Positions 56,767-64,000 of a stretch of 64,000 nt of DNA are shown one piece after another; positions within the stretch are counted from its first letter, which is position 1, and each line of letters begins with the position of its first letter. The DNA comes from Escherichia coli. GTDB lineage: Bacteria > Pseudomonadota > Gammaproteobacteria > Enterobacterales > Enterobacteriaceae. Below the pieces are notes generated by a model that saw nothing but the letters and a program-made list of their open reading frames with translations, did no database searches and had not been told where the DNA came from. The stretch lies in assembly GCF_044324875.1 (NCBI RefSeq), contig NZ_CP172185.1; one strand, given 5' to 3'. A program made the position numbers and the translations under genes.

Positions 56767-59162
56767 ATCGCCCCGGCGGTGACATCGCGCCCTGCGCCTG
56801 GTCCGCGGATCACCAGAGGGTTATCGCGATACCAGCGGCTTTCGATGGCAAAGACGTTATCGCACGGCAGCAGTGATGCCAGCGGATGGTCTTCACGCAC
56901 CGCTTCCACGCCCACACGCGCTTTGCCATTGGCATCGAAACGCGCCACATAGCGCAGCACCAGCCCCATTTCGCGGGCCGCTTCCAGTCGTTGCACCATC
57001 TGCTCGTTAAGTTCATCGCCGTTTTCAAAGAAATGGTCGATGCTACCGCCTTCGCAATGGGCAGGCACCAGCGATTCCACGCGCACCTGATCTGGTTCGA
57101 TGTCGTAACCCGCTTCACGCGCCAGAATCACCAGCTTGCGCATCACGTCTTTGCCGGAAAGGTCATCACGCGGATCAGGCTCGGTTAAGCCCTGCTGCCA
57201 CGCCTGATCCACCAGCTCGGTAAACGGCACGCTACCGTCGAATTGCAGGAACAGCCAGGAGAGCGTGCCGGAGAAGATCCCGCTGATCGACAAAATAGTA
57301 TCGCCGCTGTCGATCAGATCGCGCACGGTATGGTTGATCGGCAAGCCCGCACCGACGGTGGCGTTGTACAGCCAGTGACGCCCGGTTTTTTCGAAGGCGT
57401 CGTGGATCTGGCGATATTTATTGCTGTCGCTGGCTCCCGCCAGTTTGTTGGCGCTGATGACGTGGAAACCGTGGCTGGCAAAATCGAGATACTGATCAGC
57501 AAGCTGCTGGCTGGCGGTAACGTCCAACACCACTAAATCATCATACGGATGGGCGCGCATCCACAGGAACAGCGACTCTTCATCCTGCTCGACCGCTTCA
57601 TCGTTGAAGAAGGCTAACGCGCGGCTGGCGTCCAGCCCGTCATAGCTCAACAGGCTGCGGCGGCTGTCCACCACGCCTGCCAGCACAAATTCAAAGCCGG
57701 TACGCGCCGAAAGCGTGCTCTGCTCACGGGCGAACAGTTCCAGCCAGCGGGAACCGATATTGCCCTTGCCGAACAATACCAGGCCGATGCGTTTTTCTGC
57801 GCGGAAGACGGACTGATGCAGCCCCTGAATCAGGCTTTCGGTTGGTCCGGTGCGCAGTACTGCCACCAGGCTGATGCCGTCATCGGACTGCCAGGTAAAT
57901 TCGACCGGCTGGCCTTTCAGTTGCTGCCAGAAGCGGTGGCAATGCAGCGGGTTACGGGTGACACCCGCCCCAACCATCGCCACCAGCGCCAGCCCCTGAC
58001 GCAGGCGCAGTTCGCCAGGTAATCCCGCTTCGTCGAGGATTTTCAGCGCACTGTCGGCCACTTCTGAGGTGTAGCAAAATTGCAGCAACTGGCGATCGTT
58101 ATGCACGCCAACCGCCAGTGGGCGCACCTGAGCACGTTTCAGGATCTGGTCGATCTCTTTATGCGCCAGTTTGAAATCCTGGCTGGCGGGCACCTGAAAC
58201 TCAATCAAGCAGACATCATCATGGCTGGTGACAATACGCGCACCAGTACCGGAGGCCAGCACGCGTTCAATGCGCGTGGAACCTTGATCCGGCGTGTAGC
58301 TACAGCGCAGTTGCAGGTCGATTTCGCTGCCAGAAACTGGCTGTAAAGTACGGGCGTGAAGAACGGGAGCCGCCAGACGCGCCAGTTCGCTGGCCTCATC
58401 CAGACGCAGCAACGGCAGCAGGCAGGCATCTTTCACTTTACGCGGGTCGGCGCTGTATACCCCGGCGACGTCGCTCCAGATGGTTACGCGGGAAACTCCC
58501 GCCAGCGCACCGATTTGTGTCGCGGAATAGTCGGAACCGTTACGCCCCAGCAGCACCGTTTCACTGGCGTTGTTACGGCTGATAAACCCGGTCACCACCA
58601 GACGTTTGCCCGGATGTTGTACCAGTAGCTGTTGCAGCAACGGGTAAGAAAGTCCTTCATCAACCTGCGGTTGCGCAGCGCGTTCAGCGCGTAAAAACTC
58701 GCGGGCATCAAGCCAGGCCGCTGGCAGCCCTTGTTGATTAAGTACCGCAGACATCAGGCGCGCCGACCACACTTCGCCGTGGCCCACCACTTCCGCATAC
58801 ACCGCGTCGTTAATACCGCTGTCGAGCAGCGCCGCCAGGCGTTCCAGATCGCTGACAAAAGCGCTAATGAGGCTATCGGCTTCTTCGGCGGGTAACAGGC
58901 CGCTAATCAGATCGCACTGATAGCGACGCAGCGTTTGTTGAACCTGATGCGCAGAGAGACGATCGGTCTGGCTTAGTTTCAACCAGTTAATCAACTGGTT
59001 AGTGGTGCTACCGGCGGCGGAAACCACCATCATATCGTCAGGCTGAGAGTACTCCGCCATAATGCCCGCGACACGCAAATAACACTTCACATCAGCCAGA
59101 CTACTGCCACCAAATTTATGCAGTTGACGACCTTTCGCCCCTGCCTGCGCAATCACACTCAT
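56730..59162 (-). CDS. metL: Bifunctional aspartokinase II / homoserine dehydrogenase II
   Basis: ORF translation MSVIAQAGAKGRQLHKFGGSSLADVKCYLRVAGIMAEYSQPDDMMVVSAAGSTTNQLINWLKLSQTDRLSAHQVQQTLRRYQ...DINRLAQLL, 810 aa. Confidence 0.96.
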   Translation of the reverse strand: MSVIAQAGAKGRQLHKFGGSSLADVKCYLRVAGIMAEYSQPDDMMVVSAAGSTTNQLINWLKLSQTDRLSAHQVQQTLRRYQCDLISGLLPAEEADSLISAFVSDLERLAALLDSGINDAVYAEVVGHGEVWSARLMSAVLNQQGLPAAWLDAREFLRAERAAQPQVDEGLSYPLLQQLLVQHPGKRLVVTGFISRNNASETVLLGRNGSDYSATQIGALAGVSRVTIWSDVAGVYSADPRKVKDACLLPLLRLDEASELARLAAPVLHARTLQPVSGSEIDLQLRCSYTPDQGSTRIERVLASGTGARIVTSHDDVCLIEFQVPASQDFKLAHKEIDQILKRAQVRPLAVGVHNDRQLLQFCYTSEVADSALKILDEAGLPGELRLRQGLALVAMVGAGVTRNPLHCHRFWQQLKGQPVEFTWQSDDGISLVAVLRTGPTESLIQGLHQSVFRAEKRIGLVLFGKGNIGSRWLELFAREQSTLSARTGFEFVLAGVVDSRRSLLSYDGLDASRALAFFNDEAVEQDEESLFLWMRAHPYDDLVVLDVTASQQLADQYLDFASHGFHVISANKLAGASDSNKYRQIHDAFEKTGRHWLYNATVGAGLPINHTVRDLIDSGDTILSISGIFSGTLSWLFLQFDGSVPFTELVDQAWQQGLTEPDPRDDLSGKDVMRKLVILAREAGYDIEPDQVRVESLVPAHCEGGSIDHFFENGDELNEQMVQRLEAAREMGLVLRYVARFDANGKARVGVEAVREDHPLASLLPCDNVFAIESRWYRDNPLVIRGPGAGRDVTAGAIQSDINRLAQLL

Positions 59163-59164
59163 TT

Positions 59165-60325
59165 TTACCCCTTGTTTGCAGCCCGGAAGCCATTTTCCAG
59201 GTCGGCAATTAAATCTTCGCCATCTTCAATACCGGTGGAGATACGCAGCAGCGTCTCTGAGATCCCGGCGGCAGCACGCGCTTCTGGTGCCATGCCTGCA
59301 TGTGTCATGGTTGCGGCGTGAGAGATTAAACTTTCCACTCCCCCTAATGATTCCGCCAGCGTAAACAACGACAGCCCGCCCAGGAAACGACGCAGCGTCT
59401 GCTCATCGCCATCCAGTTCAAAACTCAACATTGCGCCAAAGCCTTTTTGCTGGCGCGCGGCAATTTCATGCCCCTGATTTTCCGGCAGCGACGGGTGATA
59501 CAGTTTTTTCACCAACGGCTGGGTTTGCAGATATTTCACAATCGCCTGCGCGTTGCGCTGGGCCAGCTCCATACGCGGCACCAGCGTTCGCAAACCACGT
59601 AGCAGCAGATAGCTGTCAAACGCGCCGCCCGTCACGCCAATATTGTTTGCCCACCAGGCAAGTTCAGTGACAACGTCCGGGTCTTTAGCAATCACCACGC
59701 CGGCCACCACGTCTGAGTGACCGTTCAGATATTTCGTACATGAATGCAACACCAGATCGGCACCTAATGCCAGCGGATTTTGTAATGCCGGGCTTAAGAA
59801 GGTGTTATCCACCACGCTCACCGCCCCGACTTCCCTTGCCAGATGGCAGATTTTCGCAATATCCACGACGCGTAACAATGGATTACTTGGGCTTTCTACC
59901 AGTACCAGTTTGGGTTTTTCTGCCAGCGCTGCCCGTAATGCCTGTTCATCGCCTTGATCAACAAACAACACGCGATAGCAACCGCGTTTAGCCAGGCTGT
60001 CGAACAGGCGATAGCTGCCGCCATAGCAGTCGTGCGGCGCAACCAGCAGATCGCCAGGTTTCAAAAAGACGGTCGTTACCAGGTGAATCGCGGACATGCC
60101 GGTATTAGTAAGTACTGCACCAGCACCGCCTTCCAGTTCTGCCAGCGCACGCTGAACCACATCGCGCGTTGGGTTGCCGCGCCGCGAGTAATCATGCGCG
60201 CGCGGTTCATTAAATCCGGTAAAGTTATAGGTGCTGGAAAGATGGATGGGAGGGACAACGCAACCATACTGTTCGTCGTCATTTAACCCGCTACGCACTG
60301 CGATGGTGGCCTGTTTACGCGTCAT
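59165..60325 (-). CDS. metB: Cystathionine gamma-synthase
   Basis: ORF 59165..60502 contains MTRKQATIAVRSGLNDDEQYGCVVPPIHLSSTYNFTGFNEPRAHDYSRRGNPTRDVVQRALAELEGGAGAVLTNTGMSAIH...; start placed at MTRKQAT (386 codons). Confidence 0.95.
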   Translation of the reverse strand: MTRKQATIAVRSGLNDDEQYGCVVPPIHLSSTYNFTGFNEPRAHDYSRRGNPTRDVVQRALAELEGGAGAVLTNTGMSAIHLVTTVFLKPGDLLVAPHDCYGGSYRLFDSLAKRGCYRVLFVDQGDEQALRAALAEKPKLVLVESPSNPLLRVVDIAKICHLAREVGAVSVVDNTFLSPALQNPLALGADLVLHSCTKYLNGHSDVVAGVVIAKDPDVVTELAWWANNIGVTGGAFDSYLLLRGLRTLVPRMELAQRNAQAIVKYLQTQPLVKKLYHPSLPENQGHEIAARQQKGFGAMLSFELDGDEQTLRRFLGGLSLFTLAESLGGVESLISHAATMTHAGMAPEARAAAGISETLLRISTGIEDGEDLIADLENGFRAANKG

Positions 60326-60601
60326 GTGATGAAGTTTCCTGGGCTTTGTCGGTGAAATGTCAGCCACCAGAGTAAACATTGTGTTAATGGACGTCAATAC
60401 ATCTGGACATCTAAACTTCTTTGCGTATAGATTGAGCAAATCCCAAATAGCCGTTAAAATTATATGCATTATCACGCCGACAGGTGCATTACACGATGTC
60501 ACGGTAGCGCCTGTACGGTAAACTATGCGGGTTTACGGTCAGTACCCACATAAATTGTGTGGTCTGGTCTCAATTTATTGACGAAGAGGATTAAGTATCT
60601 C
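60326..60601. promoter_or_regulatory. Divergent metJ / metBL control region with met-box operator repeats
   Basis: Intergenic region between divergent metB and metJ; met-box-like repeats around 60403..60430 (GGACATCTAAACTTCTTTGCGTATAGATT). Confidence 0.65.
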
Positions 60602-60919
60602 ATGGCTGAATGGAGCGGCGAATATATCAGCCCATACGCTGAGCACGGCAAGAAGAGTGAACAAGTCAAAAAGATTACGGTTTCCATTCCTCTTAAGGTG
60701 TTAAAAATCCTCACCGATGAACGCACGCGTCGTCAGGTGAACAACCTGCGTCACGCTACCAACAGCGAGCTGCTGTGCGAAGCGTTTCTGCATGCCTTTA
60801 CCGGGCAACCATTGCCGGATGATGCCGATCTGCGTAAAGAGCGCAGCGACGAAATCCCGGAAGCGGCAAAAGAGATCATGCGTGAGATGGGGATTAACCC
60901 GGAGACGTGGGAATACTAA
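60602..60919 (+). CDS. metJ: Methionine repressor MetJ
   Basis: ORF 60557..60919 contains [105 protein letters not shown]; start placed at MAEWSG (105 codons). Confidence 0.95.
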
Positions 60920-60978
60920 AGCGGAAAAGAGCGGCGCGGAGTTAACCAGCCGCTTTTTTCATACATGGACGTTTAACG

Positions 60979-61587
60979 ATGAAAATCAGGCTACTGATCC
61001 TCAGTCTGCTGGTTTCTGTGCCTGCATTTGCCTGGCAACCACAAACCGGCGACATCATCTTTCAGATCTCTCGCTCATCGCAAAGTAAAGCGATCCAACT
61101 GGCGACCCATTCCGATTACAGCCACACCGGTATGCTGGTGATACGCAACAAAAAGCCCTACGTTTTTGAAGCGGTCGGCCCGGTGAAATACACCCCGCTC
61201 AAGCAGTGGATTGCCCATGGTGAAAAGGGCAAATACGTTGTTCGCCGCGTTGAAGGCGGACTGAGTGTTGAACAACAGCAAAAGCTGGCGCAAACGGCAA
61301 AACGTTATCTCGGCAAACCGTACGATTTCAGCTTCTCGTGGAGCGACGATCGCCAGTACTGTTCGGAAGTGGTTTGGAAGGTTTATCAGAACGCGCTGGG
61401 AATGCGCGTGGGCAAACAGCAAAAGTTGAAAGAGTTCGACCTTAGTAACCCGCTGGTTCAGGCAAAGCTCAAAGAACGCTACGGCAAAAATATTCCGCTT
61501 GAGGAAACGGTGGTCTCACCACAAGCTGTTTTCGATGCGCCACAACTCACCACTGTCGCCAAAGAATGGCCGCTGTTTTCGTGGTAA
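60979..61587 (+). CDS. yiiX: YiiX-family periplasmic protein (permuted papain-fold peptidase, DUF830)
   Basis: ORF translation MKIRLLILSLLVSVPAFAWQPQTGDIIFQISRSSQSKAIQLATHSDYSHTGMLVIRNKKPYVFEAVGPVKYTPLKQWIAHGEKGKYVVRRV..., 202 aa with signal peptide. Confidence 0.88.
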   Translation: MKIRLLILSLLVSVPAFAWQPQTGDIIFQISRSSQSKAIQLATHSDYSHTGMLVIRNKKPYVFEAVGPVKYTPLKQWIAHGEKGKYVVRRVEGGLSVEQQQKLAQTAKRYLGKPYDFSFSWSDDRQYCSEVVWKVYQNALGMRVGKQQKLKEFDLSNPLVQAKLKERYGKNIPLEETVVSPQAVFDAPQLTTVAKEWPLFSW

Positions 61588-61598
61588 TACGACCAAAA

Positions 61599-61626
61599 TT
61601 CAGGCACAAAAAAAGCGCCGTGCGGC
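61599..61626. terminator. Bidirectional terminator between convergent yiiX and rpmE
   Basis: AAAAAAAGCGCCGTGCGGCGCTTTTTTC: GC hairpin flanked by A-run and T-run. Confidence 0.75.
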
Positions 61627-61647
61627 GCTTTTTTCGGAAATCCGGTC

Positions 61648-61899
<252 letters not shown>

Positions 61900-61903
61900 C
61901 TAA

Positions 61904-64000
<2,097 letters not shown>

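Overview
This 64-kb window is conserved Escherichia coli-type core chromosome (the rpoBC / rrnB / arg / ppc / met region, about 89-90 min on the K-12 map), in reverse-complement orientation relative to usual K-12 numbering. Gene order: rpoC (partial) - rpoB - rplL - rplJ - rplA - rplK - nusG - secE - tufB - thrT/glyT/tyrU/thrU - coaA - birA - murB - rrnB (5S, 23S, tRNA-Glu, 16S) - murI - btuB - trmA - yijD - fabR - sthA - oxyR/oxyS - argH-argB-argC / argE - ppc - eptC - yijO - frwD-pflC-pflD-frwB-frwC / ptsA-fsaB-gldA - yijF - yijE - katG - metF - [two extra genes] - metL - metB / metJ - yiiX - rpmE - priA (partial). All calls rest on reading the sequence and ORF translations against remembered E. 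coli proteins; no database search was run. The best candidate for something undescribed is a ~2.8-kb, visibly AT-richer two-gene insertion between metF and metL, where K-12 has only an intergenic spacer: a signal-peptide-bearing UshA-family 5'-nucleotidase/metallophosphatase and a divergently transcribed Cys-rich protein with two zinc-ribbon motifs (the second resembling transposase-type IS1 InsA / IS1595 ribbons) and an unrecognised C-terminal domain, with a consensus-core CRP site between them. Other departures from K-12: btuB carries a 1-nt insertion frameshift, rplL has an extra Ala codon in a GCT repeat, and rrnB has a single hybrid terminator instead of tandem T1/T2. No CRISPR array, IS element, integrase or prophage genes were seen.
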